Counted from the stretch's first letter, positions 1 to 11,143 are shown. The stretch: 64,000 nt of DNA from Octopus vulgaris (GCA_951406725.2 OX597832.1:54746001-54810000); one strand, 5' to 3'. A program made the numbers and translations. Notes: generated by a model not told the origin, from the sequence alone.

Positions 1-550
1 TATACATTTCCCTAAAATAATTCTTGCTTGCCTTAAGCTCTGAAAATGTGTGTCGCTGTTGCTGTTTTTAAGACCATTTCCTACATCTTTCTCTTACGAC
101 ATAGTTTTCCACTGACAGAATTGCTAAAGAAATTGTAGAATTTATCTTTCTTTGTATTAAGCAAGTTAGCAAGTCAGAGAACCTCCATAACAGAATGGAA
201 TCAATGACAATACTGAGAAGTAATTTTATCGCCACTTCAACGTCGGTTCCAACGAAACAGCCATGTTGAAATGACGATAAATGATTCTTTCCTTTGTATT
301 TTGTATTTTTGAATATCCCATATATACGGAGTGACACCTCGGACGACCACCCAATGAGCCGGTACCTTTCATTGACCCTGAGTAGAGGTCGGTGTCATTT
401 TAAGGTATGTGCACGCTGGGCAGTTACCTGGGGACTTCACGTGTTTAGCGAGCGCAGTTCTAATCTATGCATGTTATGGCTTACTATCAACAAATAAGTA
501 GAATTGGACCCTGTGCATTGACTTACCCGGGGACCCTATAATATTGCTAA

Positions 551-672
551 ATCCTTTCGGGGTCGATTAAATAAGTACCAGTTACGCACTGGTGTCGATG
601 TAATCGACTTAATCTCTTTGTCTGTCCTTGTTTGTCCCCTCTATGTTTAGCCCCCTGTGGGCAATAAAGAAA
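551..672 (+). mobile_element. SINE family A, 5'-truncated copy
   Basis: Matches the 3' half of the full copies (tcctttcggggtcgattaaataagtaccagttacgcac...gcaataaagaaat); attgctaaa occurs on both sides. Confidence 0.85.
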
Positions 673-788
673 TCAACATTGCTAAAATGGCCCTTGGAGA
701 GGGTGTGAGTGCTTGACATCATTCCAGATGCTATACACCTAATCTTGGCCCTTGATTGTTCCATGAATGCGACTATAATTAATTATGA

Positions 789-1187
789 TTTCAAATTTTG
801 GTACAAGGCCAGAAATTTCGGGGAAGGGGACGCTAAGTCGATTACATCGACCCCAGTGCTCAACTGGTACTTATTTTATCGACTCCGAAAGGATGAAAGG
901 CAAAGTTCACCTCGGCGGAATTTGAACTCAGAACATAAAGACAGACGAAATACCTATTTCTTGACTACCCACCAGGGGCTAAGCACAGAGGAGACAAACT
1001 AGACAGACAAACGGATTAAGTCGATTATATCAACCCCAGTGCGTAACTGGTACTTAATTCATCGACCCCGAAAGGATGAAAGGCAAAGTCGACCTCGACG
1101 GAATTTGAACTCAGAACGTAGCGGCAGACGAAATACCACTAAGCACTTCACCCGGCGTGCTAACGATTCTGCCATCTCATCGCCTTA
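789..1187 (-). mobile_element. SINE family A dimer (tRNA-like head plus two bodies, second with the alternative tail)
   Basis: Reverse complement of the family A sequence; imperfect ~19-bp TSD gcgactataattaattatg / gtgactatatttaatcatg. Confidence 0.9.
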
Positions 1188-1319
1188 GAGTGACTATATT
1201 TAATCATGCCATCAGAATCAAACTCTTATTATCAAAGCAGAAAACAATCTAAATTGTTTGCAAATGTGTAAATAATTTAGAAGTAATTTAGTAACATTGG
1301 AAATAATAGTTAAACAATT

Positions 1320-1715
1320 GGCACAGGAGTGGTTTACAAACCACATGGTTCCAGGTTCAGTCCCACCTTGGGACCTTGGGCAAGTGTCTTCTACTATAGC
1401 CTCGGGCCGACCAAAGCCTTGTGAGTGGATTTGGTAGACGGAAACTGAAAGAAGCCTGTCGTATATATATGTATATATATGTATGTGTGTGTATATGTTT
1501 GCATGCCTGTGTTTGTCTCCCCGCATCCCAACATCGCTTGACAACCGATGCCGGTGTGTTTACGTCCCCGTAACTTAGCAGTTCGGCAAAAGAGACCGAT
1601 AGAATAAGTACTAGGCTTCCAAAGAATAAGTCCACGGGTCGATTTGCTCGACTAAAGGCAGTGCTCCAGCATGGCCACAGTCAAATGACTGAAACAAGTA
1701 AAAGAGTAAAAGAGT
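1320..1715 (+). mobile_element. SINE family B (tRNA-like head, internal TA/TG microsatellite, GTAAAAGA-repeat tail)
   Basis: Box B-like ggttcagtccc; tail aagtaaaagagtaaaagag; 28-bp TSD agtaacatt(g/a)gaaataatagttaaacaa at 1290-1317 and 1713-1740. Confidence 0.92.
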
Positions 1716-1820
1716 AACATTAGAAATAATAGTTAAACAACTGTGTTAAGTTTGAGAGGTTTTCGAATCCCTTTATGTTTTAGTTATATTAAACCATAAT
1801 TGTTATTTAATAATAATCTT

Positions 1821-1928
1821 GCTTACAACTACATAAAGTTGAAAACACCGGTTCCCTTCCGATCACCGAATTTAAACAACATCGAGGGCCTGGATAGTAC
1901 TTAGGTGAATGAGCAAGGTGTCGTATGC
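1821..1928 (+). pseudogene. Degenerate 5S rRNA copy
   Basis: gcttacaac...gttgaaaacaccggttcccttccgatcaccgaatttaaacaacatcga.ggcctggatagtactta follows the metazoan 5S rRNA sequence, with substitutions and a 3' deletion, ending ggtgtcgtatgc. Confidence 0.85.
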
Positions 1929-1947
1929 AAAGCCTTATTTCTCGCCA

Positions 1948-2098
1948 ATTAGCGGTTCGATAAAAAGAGACCGATAAAATAAGACTTAACAAAACAAAAA
2001 AAGTACTGGGGTCGACCTGTTTGACTAAAACCCCTCAAGGCGATGCTCCAGCATGGCCGCAATCCAATGACTAAAACTAGCAAAGGATAAAAAAAAAT
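1948..2098 (+). mobile_element. SINE family B-like 3' half
   Basis: ttagcggttcg...gagaccgataaaataag...ggggtcgac...gctccagcatggccgca...tgactaaaac. Confidence 0.8.
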
Positions 2099-2149
2099 GA
2101 AAATTTCGGAATGTATCCCACCGACCATTTTTTCCATCTCCACATTCAT

Positions 2150-2315
2150 CATTTGCTAAGTCGTCTTTACGTTCTGAGTTCAAATTCCGCCAAGGTCGAC
2201 TTTGCCTTTCATCCTTTCTGGGTGGGTAAAATAAGTACCAGTTGAGCACTAGGGGTCGATGCATTCGACTCATCTCCTCCCCCGAAATTGCTGGCCTTGT
2301 GCCAAAATTTGAAAT
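2150..2315 (+). mobile_element. SINE family A, alternative tail, 5'-truncated
   Basis: tacgttctgagttcaaattccgcc...aaattgctggccttgtgccaaaatttgaaa. Confidence 0.85.
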
Positions 2316-2666
2316 CAGTATTATTATCCTAAGTTGCGTCGTCGCCAGCGACATCCCAATTATAATATATCTAATAATCATTGGGTGTCGCTAGATTCTC
2401 TCCGTGTACTGTGGTCGCAACACAATATACAATAACATCCCATGGCTAACGTTTCACCACACAGCGATATTGGACAGGAAAGTAGAGAAAGAAGTACATC
2501 GCTAGAATAAAATTGATATCTTCTTTTTTTTTTTCAAACTTTCCAAGTACATCTTTATTTTAAATTGTTACTTTAAAAATTCCTTATAAATTTTATTTCA
2601 ATATATATATATATTTTAAAAATTTTTTTCTCAATTTTCATTAGTGTTTTTTCCTCGTAAGTTAAT

Positions 2667-2668
<2 letters not shown>

Positions 2669-2744
<76 letters not shown>
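2669..2744. repeat. (AAT)n microsatellite
   Basis: Direct reading. Confidence 0.97.
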
Positions 2745-2745
2745 T

Positions 2746-2970
2746 TCAAACAAATACATAACAAACCCCAGGACTAACAAAAACATACAGAAAATAGCAC
2801 TACCGGTACCGCACACATCCTACGTAAAAGACTTTCAATACAGTAACCATAAGAGCATCACAACAAACCACAGCACATGGCCAAGATACACAGAGCTGCG
2901 CTCAGTAGTGCAGTGAAAGCACGGGACAAAAATAAGATTACTGAATAATAGTAATAATAATAATAATAAT
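2746..2970 (+). mobile_element. 3' end of an R4/Dong-clade non-LTR retrotransposon in a (TAA)n tract
   Basis: Translates, with a frameshift, to IQKIAL..GTAHILRKRLSI*, a typical R4/Dong C-terminus; followed by a 3' UTR ending in (AAT)n and preceded by (AAT)n. Confidence 0.75.
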
Positions 2971-3127
2971 AACAATATAAATTTCTTACAAACCTAAGAA
3001 ACTGTTCTTGAGCTGTGACATTCAATGAAAAGTAATTAACAACATAGTTAATAATATTTAAATAGAAAAACCCAATGAAAATTGTTAAATGAGAAGCATA
3101 TTGAAGGGTATTACGGTTTTTAACTAT

Positions 3128-5410
3128 TCATCTCAGTCTTTTACCAGCCATGCTACTCATTTTATCAATTATTTCTGGCTTTTGGTAAAACTTGGCATAG
3201 TTTTCCAACCACTTCCGCCTGTAACTCCACATTTCCCGAGCCATCTGTTCTTCCGTGTTTGTTGCTTTCTTCCATGCATTTTCCAGCACATTCTGTTCGC
3301 TTTTGCTATTGTTCTCCTCTTGAATGCTGGATATCATTTTTCGGTCAATTTCCTCGTATTTATCCTTGTGCTTATCAGCTTTCATCTTTGAAAGAACCAC
3401 TTCAGACTTCAAACACAACAGACTGATGTCATCTGAAATGCTTTGCCATTTCAAACTGTTTTGTTTTTTCGTATTCCATAATTTCGTTGGTAAAATTGTA
3501 GGGACATTCGCAGCCCAAGCCCGATAGATTTTAGCTTTCTCAGTACATTTTAAGTAAGTATAATAGGCATGTTCTCTTTTACTTAAATTGGAATTCCATT
3601 TCTTCCTGAATTCTTCTTGGCTGGTCTTCAGTTCCTTCATTTTACTAATATAGTCATTTAGCTGGCCTTTCTTTTCGTTTGTATATTCTCCGGTTCTAAA
3701 CATCCTTTGATTCGATTGTAAAGTTTCATATGTATTGTTATTACTGTTTTCTTTCCCAGTGAAAAGACAAACAGATATATTTCCACTCTGTAGCGGAACG
3801 TATTTCGGTGTTGTGTTATGACAAAGCGGAACTGTAGAGTCCATATCATACGATTCCGAGTTCTGAGATTTATTAAAAGGTTCCGTTGATAATTCAACGC
3901 TGCTTTGTTCCGTGTGATCGGTATCATTCTCGTCATCGATAGTAGAAATGGTGTCGGTATTAGAACTTGTTTCATTAACATCATTAAAATGCTTTTCTCT
4001 CTTATTAACACCAACGATATCAATTTCATTACAGTTGCTCATTACAGTACCTCGTTCATTTTTGTCCTTGCTACATTCTAAATCTTCTTCTTTCTTCGCA
4101 GACATGTTTTCGTTTTTATCTGTAAACAAGCTCTGATCTTTGCAGCATTCTTCGGCTGAATGTTCATCTGTATCCATTAAATCTTGCTTTGCTTGTGGAC
4201 TGGTTTTATATTCAGCGACTTTACTGCTGTTACTCGAGTTAATTTCTTCACCATTCGCGACAATATTCTCATTCTCATCCTCATCCTCATCTTCGTCCGT
4301 GTTTTTCCCTTTATTAATTAAGGCCAACATTTCGGCCCTTAATCGACTGCTAATATCTCCACCTTGTACAGTTCCTATACTATTAATCTCATCTTTACTA
4401 TTAATCTCATCTTCTTCATCCTTATCTTTGGTTTCACTTTCTTCCACATTGGGCATTGTATTAGCTTCCACATCTTCTGCTTTCTCCGGTGAGACAGATA
4501 TTTCATCTTTTAACTTTGATTGATCATCGCTAGATACTTCTTCAATCACACTGTCATCAGCATTATTTGTAGTATCGATATTGCTGACAGATTCCTCTTT
4601 TTCTTCATCATCCACTGGTGAAAGGCATAACACACTTGTATCTCCGTTGTCCACAGGTTCCTCACTATTTTCCAGGTCATCTTTATCTACTTCAGTTTCT
4701 TCTATGTAGCGTTTAGTTTCACCCAACACCTCCTGTACACATTCATAATTAGTGCTCTCTTCATTATCATCATAATTTCCTTTATCAATAGCTGAAAAAT
4801 TACGATTAATATGTTTCAAATTCGTTTGGTTCGTCCCTGGTACAGCATTCAGTATTTCTTCGTTACTACAAGTAACATCTTTAACTTCGTCTATTTTTCC
4901 CTCATCTTCAGTTTCTGACTTAACAGCACACGTTGTCACTTGAGAAACATCTTTCGCAGCATTTTTAATTTCTTCTTGTTCAACGGGAGGAGGTGGAAAA
5001 CAAATGCTAATTTTGGTGGTGCTTTTGCTAGCTTCGTTCATCTGCACAGCCCCTTCGCTTCCTATTGTACTTGACGGAACCATCAAAGTATCTTCGCTGT
5101 TGTTATTTTCAAAAGGAAAATGATTAAAGATAGATTTCAACTGAATCAGTTGCTGAGATCTTGGGATAAATTCCGGGGCATCAGCAGACATTTTAGACTT
5201 TGTAACACTTTTATATTGGCCGTGAACCGGTGTGTCCATCACATCTTCAACCATAGCATTGCTATGGTCCCCTGTCGAGAAAGTAACTTCTTCTTTTATT
5301 GCGACGTTAAGCTTTTGATTGAGAATTTTCATCAATTTTTTAATATCTTCAAAAGTTACAGATTTCTCATACGAATTTTGGTTCCGTGCTTTATGTCTGT
5401 GATTATTCAT
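3128..5410 (-). CDS. Uncharacterised 760-aa single-exon protein: PAM2-like motif, acidic low-complexity middle, Trp-rich predicted-helical C-terminal domain
   Basis: 2283-bp uninterrupted ORF of complex sequence in AT-rich DNA; ATG with A at -3 and an in-frame TAA four codons upstream; SKMSADAPEFIP at aa 72-83; candidate AATAAA at 2592-2597 (minus). Confidence 0.8.
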   Translation of the reverse strand: MNNHRHKARNQNSYEKSVTFEDIKKLMKILNQKLNVAIKEEVTFSTGDHSNAMVEDVMDTPVHGQYKSVTKSKMSADAPEFIPRSQQLIQLKSIFNHFPFENNNSEDTLMVPSSTIGSEGAVQMNEASKSTTKISICFPPPPVEQEEIKNAAKDVSQVTTCAVKSETEDEGKIDEVKDVTCSNEEILNAVPGTNQTNLKHINRNFSAIDKGNYDDNEESTNYECVQEVLGETKRYIEETEVDKDDLENSEEPVDNGDTSVLCLSPVDDEEKEESVSNIDTTNNADDSVIEEVSSDDQSKLKDEISVSPEKAEDVEANTMPNVEESETKDKDEEDEINSKDEINSIGTVQGGDISSRLRAEMLALINKGKNTDEDEDEDENENIVANGEEINSSNSSKVAEYKTSPQAKQDLMDTDEHSAEECCKDQSLFTDKNENMSAKKEEDLECSKDKNERGTVMSNCNEIDIVGVNKREKHFNDVNETSSNTDTISTIDDENDTDHTEQSSVELSTEPFNKSQNSESYDMDSTVPLCHNTTPKYVPLQSGNISVCLFTGKENSNNNTYETLQSNQRMFRTGEYTNEKKGQLNDYISKMKELKTSQEEFRKKWNSNLSKREHAYYTYLKCTEKAKIYRAWAANVPTILPTKLWNTKKQNSLKWQSISDDISLLCLKSEVVLSKMKADKHKDKYEEIDRKMISSIQEENNSKSEQNVLENAWKKATNTEEQMAREMWSYRRKWLENYAKFYQKPEIIDKMSSMAGKRLR

Positions 5411-5844
5411 TCTTATTCTTTATTTTTCAGACGCAAATTTTCCCTCAGAAATTCGAAGGTTGTTTGTTTGAATTATTCCTGGAAATGCTTTGACGCGAAT
5501 CTGTTGACAATTTTTTATCAAATTACAATATCTCTGTTCTTGTACAAATTTAATATCAACGATGTATTTCTAATTTCAGCATATACAAAATATTTTTAAA
5601 AAAACAAAAAAAATTATATATCCGGTAAGTTTCAAATTCGTGTTGTCTCCCAAATCTTCTTTCTAGAAGATTTTTTTCAGTTTGATTTTCAAATGATTAA
5701 CTTTTCCGTTACTGTCAATCGTAGGTCGATGATGTCATGTTTGGAACAACAAAACATATTTAGAATGAAATCTATTTAGAACAACTGGTTTCTTTAGCGT
5801 TCTCAGACTTCCAGAAAACATTCTATAACAGAATAAATTACGTC

Positions 5845-5947
5845 ATATATGTTATTGTGTATGTGTGTGTGTGTCTGTGTACACATGTACGGAGGACAGT
5901 ACATTTTTACTTATATATATATATATATTTATATATGTATATGTATG

Positions 5948-6023
<76 letters not shown>

Positions 6024-6312
6024 CAAACATATCTCTGTGTGTATCTATAAATACACACACACACACACACACATATATGCACGTACATATATATTCATAA
6101 ACACATACGTACACGTGCAAACACGCGCCACACACGCGCGCACACACACACACATACATAGAAGCATACGTTTACGGTTATTGCGTACGTGTATACATGT
6201 ATGCATTAGTATAGTTATATATCTATACGTGTGTGTGGAGATGTGTGCGTGCGTGCATGTGAGTGCGTATGTGCGTGTGCGTGTGCGTGCGTGTGCGTGA
6301 GTGTGCGTGTGT
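5845..6312. repeat. Compound (TG)/(TA)/(CA) microsatellite
   Basis: Direct reading. Confidence 0.95.
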
Positions 6313-6482
6313 TTAAAATCAAACTACAAGGTTAGTTCGTCATCTAGAGAAATAAAAAAAAACTCGTTTATTTATTTATTATTCGATGTCCTGGTTACCA
6401 TGACAACAACTTTTGGGAACAATCTTTTAGATTTTTGTAAAGGCAAAGAGAAACTGGCTCTTAATATAATACCCTAACATTA

Positions 6483-6600
6483 GGTAGCCAATTGGCAGAG
6501 TCATTAGCATGCCGGACAAAAATTGCATAGCGGCATTTTGTCCATCTTTACGTTCTGAGTTCAAATTTCGGCGAAATCGACTTTGCTTATAACCTTTTGA
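6483..6600 (+). mobile_element. SINE family A head fragment, diverged
   Basis: ttggcagagtcattagcatgccgg...tacgttctgagttcaaatttcggcgaaatcgacttt. Confidence 0.75.
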
Positions 6601-6684
6601 ACCCGTAACACCGGTTTACCGGCGGAGGGATTGTTTTTCTCTATACCGTAATACCGCTCTATACCGTAGCATCAGTTGGTCTAA

Positions 6685-7085
<401 letters not shown>

Positions 7086-7329
7086 GTATACAATTCCAAG
7101 CAATATTTAATTAGAAAAATAGAGTAGAATTTTCTGTATACATACATACATCGAATGTCTATGGAGGTCCAGCAGAATACGACGGGAATCAACGGCGTTC
7201 ATATTGAGGTGAGGGGAGATGGGTGAGAACCTCTGGTGTGCATGCACCCACAACACACGCCTAACGTTTACTTTCTTCCTCTCAAGAGACAACAACGGAA
7301 GCGTTTATAGCCTTTACTCTCTCTATTTT

Positions 7330-7330
7330 A

Positions 7331-7362
<32 letters not shown>

Positions 7363-7507
7363 GTCTTTCTGTCTATCTGTCTATCTGTCTACTGTGTGTG
7401 TGTTTGTCTCTGTCTCTCTCTCTCTCTCTCTCTTTCCTGTCTGTCTTCCCATGTCTTCTTCCAACGACAGACGCTACGATATTCACTGCTTCAAAATCTC
7501 TCTCTTA

Positions 7508-7542
<35 letters not shown>

Positions 7543-7680
7543 TTCTCTCTGTCTTTCTCCCATTCTCTCTCTTTCTCCCCTCTCTCTCTGTCTTTCTCCC
7601 TCTCTCTCTCTTTCTCCCCCTCTCTCTCTTTCTCCCTCTCTCTATCTCTCGGTCTCTACCTTTCTCTCTCGCATTCTCTC
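7330..7680. repeat. CT-rich low-complexity tract
   Basis: Direct reading. Confidence 0.9.
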
Positions 7681-7769
7681 GGCCCACCTGCTTTCTAACA
7701 GACGCCACACGTCTCATTCTCTCTTTAAATACACAGACTTTACACCATCTTTCTACACATACATACTCG

Positions 7770-8171
7770 TGTGGTAAGTAGTTTGCTAACTAGCCACATG
7801 GTTCCGGGTTCAGTCCCATTGCGTGGCATCTTGGGCAAGTGTCTTCTGCTATAGCCCCGGGCCGACCAATGCCTTGTGAGTGGATTTGGTAGACGGAAAC
7901 TGAAAGAAGCCTGTCGTATATATGTATATATATATAAGTGTGTGTGTATATGTTTGTGTGTCTGTGTTTGTCCCCCTAGAATTGCTTGACAACCGATGCT
8001 GGTGTGTTTACGTCCCAGTCACTTAGCGGTTCGGCAAAAGATACCGATAGAATAAGTACGGGACTTACAAAGAATAAGTCCCGGGGTCGATTTGCTCGAC
8101 TAAAGGTGGTGCTCCAGCATGGCCGCAGTCAAATGACTGAAACAAGTAAAAGAGTAAAAGAGTAAAAAGAG
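7770..8171 (+). mobile_element. SINE family B, near full length
   Basis: Head gtgtggtaagtagtttgc...ggttcagtccc; tail (gtaaaaga)n. Confidence 0.92.
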
Positions 8172-8269
8172 TTATACATACACAGACGATTAGAGGTATG
8201 TATATAAGTGTGTACGTACGTACGTATGTACGTATGTATGTATATATGTATGTATGTATGTATGTATCT

Positions 8270-8740
8270 GAGTGGCTGTGTGGTAAGTAGCTTGCTTACC
8301 AACCACATGATTCCGGGTTCATTCCCACAGCGTGTCACCATGGGCAAGTGTCTTCTACTACAGCCTCGGACCAACCAAAGCCTTGTGAGTGGATTTGGTA
8401 GACGGAAACTGAAAGAAGCACGTCGTATATATGTGTATATATGCATGTATGTATGTGTGTGTGTATGTTTGTGTGTCTGTGTTTGTCCCGGTGGGAATTG
8501 AACTCAAAACGTAATAACAGGCAAAATGCCGCTAAGCATTTTGTCCGGTGTGCTAAAGATTCTGCCAGCTTGACACCTTCATATTGATTTCAAATTTTGG
8601 CACTAGGCCAGCAAGGTTGGGGGAGGGAATAAGTCGGTTACATCGGCCCCAGTGCTCAACCGCTACTTATTGATCTCGGCTGAATTTGAACTCAGAACGT
8701 CGTCAAAACGGACGAAATACCGCTAAGCATTTCGCCTTTA
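8270..8740. mobile_element. SINE B 5' half (+) fused to SINE A fragments (-)
   Basis: Family B head and middle at 8270-8490, then the reverse complement of a family A head and a deleted family A copy. Confidence 0.8.
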
Positions 8741-8804
8741 TTAGACTAATTTCCTTCATCATTGCACGGTGATCGCCACAAGCTTTACGCTTATATAAAA
8801 ATAC

Positions 8805-8841
<37 letters not shown>

Positions 8842-8926
8842 GTGGTGCTATTAAGTTTACCAGGTGGTGCTATTAAGTTAGACATGGTCTGGCCCAATAA
8901 TGGCCGAAACCTATCAAAGTATCAAA

Positions 8927-9057
<131 letters not shown>

Positions 9058-9067
9058 ATCCGTCTCA

Positions 9068-9430
9068 GTGAATACACAAAGGTTGTCGCTAATGAGGTCC
9101 AACAAGATCAAAACATGCTCTGAGTTGTCTCAGCAATTGAAGCTATCGAATGTAATTACAAATTATCCCTTATTTTAATGTCTTTCCTTTCCCTCATCTC
9201 ACTAAATGCGTAAATGTAATTGTAATTTTAATCTTCTAATTAACTGTAAACACACAAAACGACTTGGTGTTGCTAATGAGGTTCAACAAGATCAAAACAT
9301 GTTCAGAGTTGTCTCAGCCTTTGAAGCGATCGAATGTAATCAAAAATTTCTGCCCTTGTTTTAATGTCTTCCCTTTCTCTCTCGCCTCACCAAATGCATA
9401 AATGTAATTTTAATGTTTTAATTAATCGTA
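9068..9430 (+). repeat. Two-copy tandem repeat, period 184 bp
   Basis: gctaatgagg at 9088 and 9272; colinear similarity through caagatcaaaacatg, gagttgtctcagc, tcgaatgtaat and taattaa. Confidence 0.9.
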
Positions 9431-9810
9431 CTGTATATTGAAGCTGTCGGCTCTGCCTAGAGTAATTGCTATGACTAACTACGGCAACGCTTTCCTGTCT
9501 CAAATACAAGAGGAAGTTTTCAGTAATTACAACACAAATTAATCACTGCATTCCCTTTGTTACCGCTAAATATATTATTCATGTAACACGAGTATGTAAC
9601 GTCTTCGCAGCAGGTGAATTTTTTGGAGAACATCTCTAATTGACGTACACACAAAAGGTCAGAGATGTCGATGCGAATATGCATATTATGTTACATGCGT
9701 GGATGTAGCTGTCTCTCTCTCCTCTCTCTCTCTCTCTCTACACACACACACGCACGCACATATATGATGGATTTGTCGGCGTAAATGTGTCTATGAATAT
9801 GTATATGTGC

Positions 9811-9851
<41 letters not shown>

Positions 9852-9854
<3 letters not shown>

Positions 9855-9945
9855 TTTCGCCATGACATATCTTTATTACTGTCACACTGCCTTCTGCGCA
9901 TGCGCTCTTATAGTTGGTACTATTATGGTTACGTAATCGAAGTTA
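9852..9945 (+). mobile_element. Isolated arm of the mariner long terminal inverted repeat
   Basis: Reverse complement of 10840-10932 (cactttcgc..t.acatatcttt..tgtcacact.cctt.tgcgcatgcg). Confidence 0.75.
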
Positions 9946-9973
9946 TATATTAGATAGTTAGATAGATATATAG

Positions 9974-10005
<32 letters not shown>

Positions 10006-10044
10006 GTATGTATGTATATACTTATATTTATATATATATATATT

Positions 10045-10280
10045 CCTTTATTTTCTTTTATTCTTTTATACGTTTCTGTCATGTGACTGCGGTCATGCTG
10101 GAGCACCGTCTTAAAGGGTTTTTTAGTCGAGGAAATCGACCCCATGACTTATTCCTTGAATGCCTCGTACTTAGTCTATCGATCACTTTTGCCGAACCGC
10201 TAAGTTTCAGGGACATAAACATACCATGGGGAGACCAACACAAACAGAAAGACACGCACTTGTAAATATATATGCCCCGC

Positions 10281-10320
<40 letters not shown>

Positions 10321-10380
10321 GACGAGCTTCTTTCAGTTTCCCTCTGATTTGGTCGGCCCGAGGCTATAGTAGATGACCCG
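10045..10380 (-). mobile_element. SINE family B, internally deleted
   Basis: Reverse-complement match to the family B tail and middle. Confidence 0.8.
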
Positions 10381-10955
10381 CACTTTCGCCATAACACATT
10401 TTTATTGTGGTCACGTGATCGAAGTTTGATCCTGATCGCGCCATTTTTCGTTCTGGTTTTGCAGTGTAAGCATGGCCGCTCCTCCAGCAGTGTGCACCGA
10501 AGGAGAACAAAATGCAGTGATCAGATTTCTCTGGTCGGAAAGTGTGTCAGGTGCTGAAATCGATCGGAGGGTTTCAGCACAATACGCAGACAGTGCGCTA
10601 CCGCGTAAAAGTGTGTATGAATCGATTGAGATGTTTATAAGTGGCCGGAAAAGCGTGAGGCACGAAATGGGAGCAGGACGCCCATCAACCTCCACCATTG
10701 ACAAGGAGATTCGGTAAGCTCGAGAAATGGTAATGGTGAACCGGTCCGCCATTACCCTCTCTCGGATCACTGCTTTTCGTTCTTCTTTGGTACCATTGCT
10801 AGTAGAGCCACCAGAAAGAGAAATGGCGCGATCAAGCTGAAACTTCGATCGCGTAACCACAGCAGTAAGAAATATAAGCACGCATGCGCAAAAGGTAGTG
10901 TGACAATAACAAAGATATGTTATAGCGAAAGTGTGGATAATTTCTTACTTCCCTC

Positions 10956-10958
<3 letters not shown>
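10381..10958 (+). mobile_element. Internally deleted mariner (irritans-like) with long inverted ends and a transposase N-terminal HTH remnant
   Basis: 10472-10717 gives EQNAVIRFLWSE...EIDRRVSAQY...VYESIEMF.SGRKSV..E.GAGRPSTS, a mariner HTH region; right end reads TA-CGAGGG on the minus strand; 10408-10447 is an inverted copy of 10821-10860. Confidence 0.85.
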
Positions 10959-11019
<61 letters not shown>

Positions 11020-11066
11020 GTGTGTGTGTGTGTGTTTGAGTATATATATGCATGTATGTATATATG

Positions 11067-11140
<74 letters not shown>

Positions 11141-11143
<3 letters not shown>

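Noticed and set aside
330-470. tgacacc/ggtgtca inverted pair and possible old SINE on the minus strand
   Set aside because: Short stem, no second copy in the window, promoter boxes not convincing
3089-5599. Plus-strand and alternate-frame ORFs overlapping the 760-aa gene
   Set aside because: Shadow frames of the long minus-strand ORF
8889-8916. ctggcccaataatggccgaaacctatc as a hammerhead
   Set aside because: A stem II and GAAAC are present but the CUGANGA box is missing
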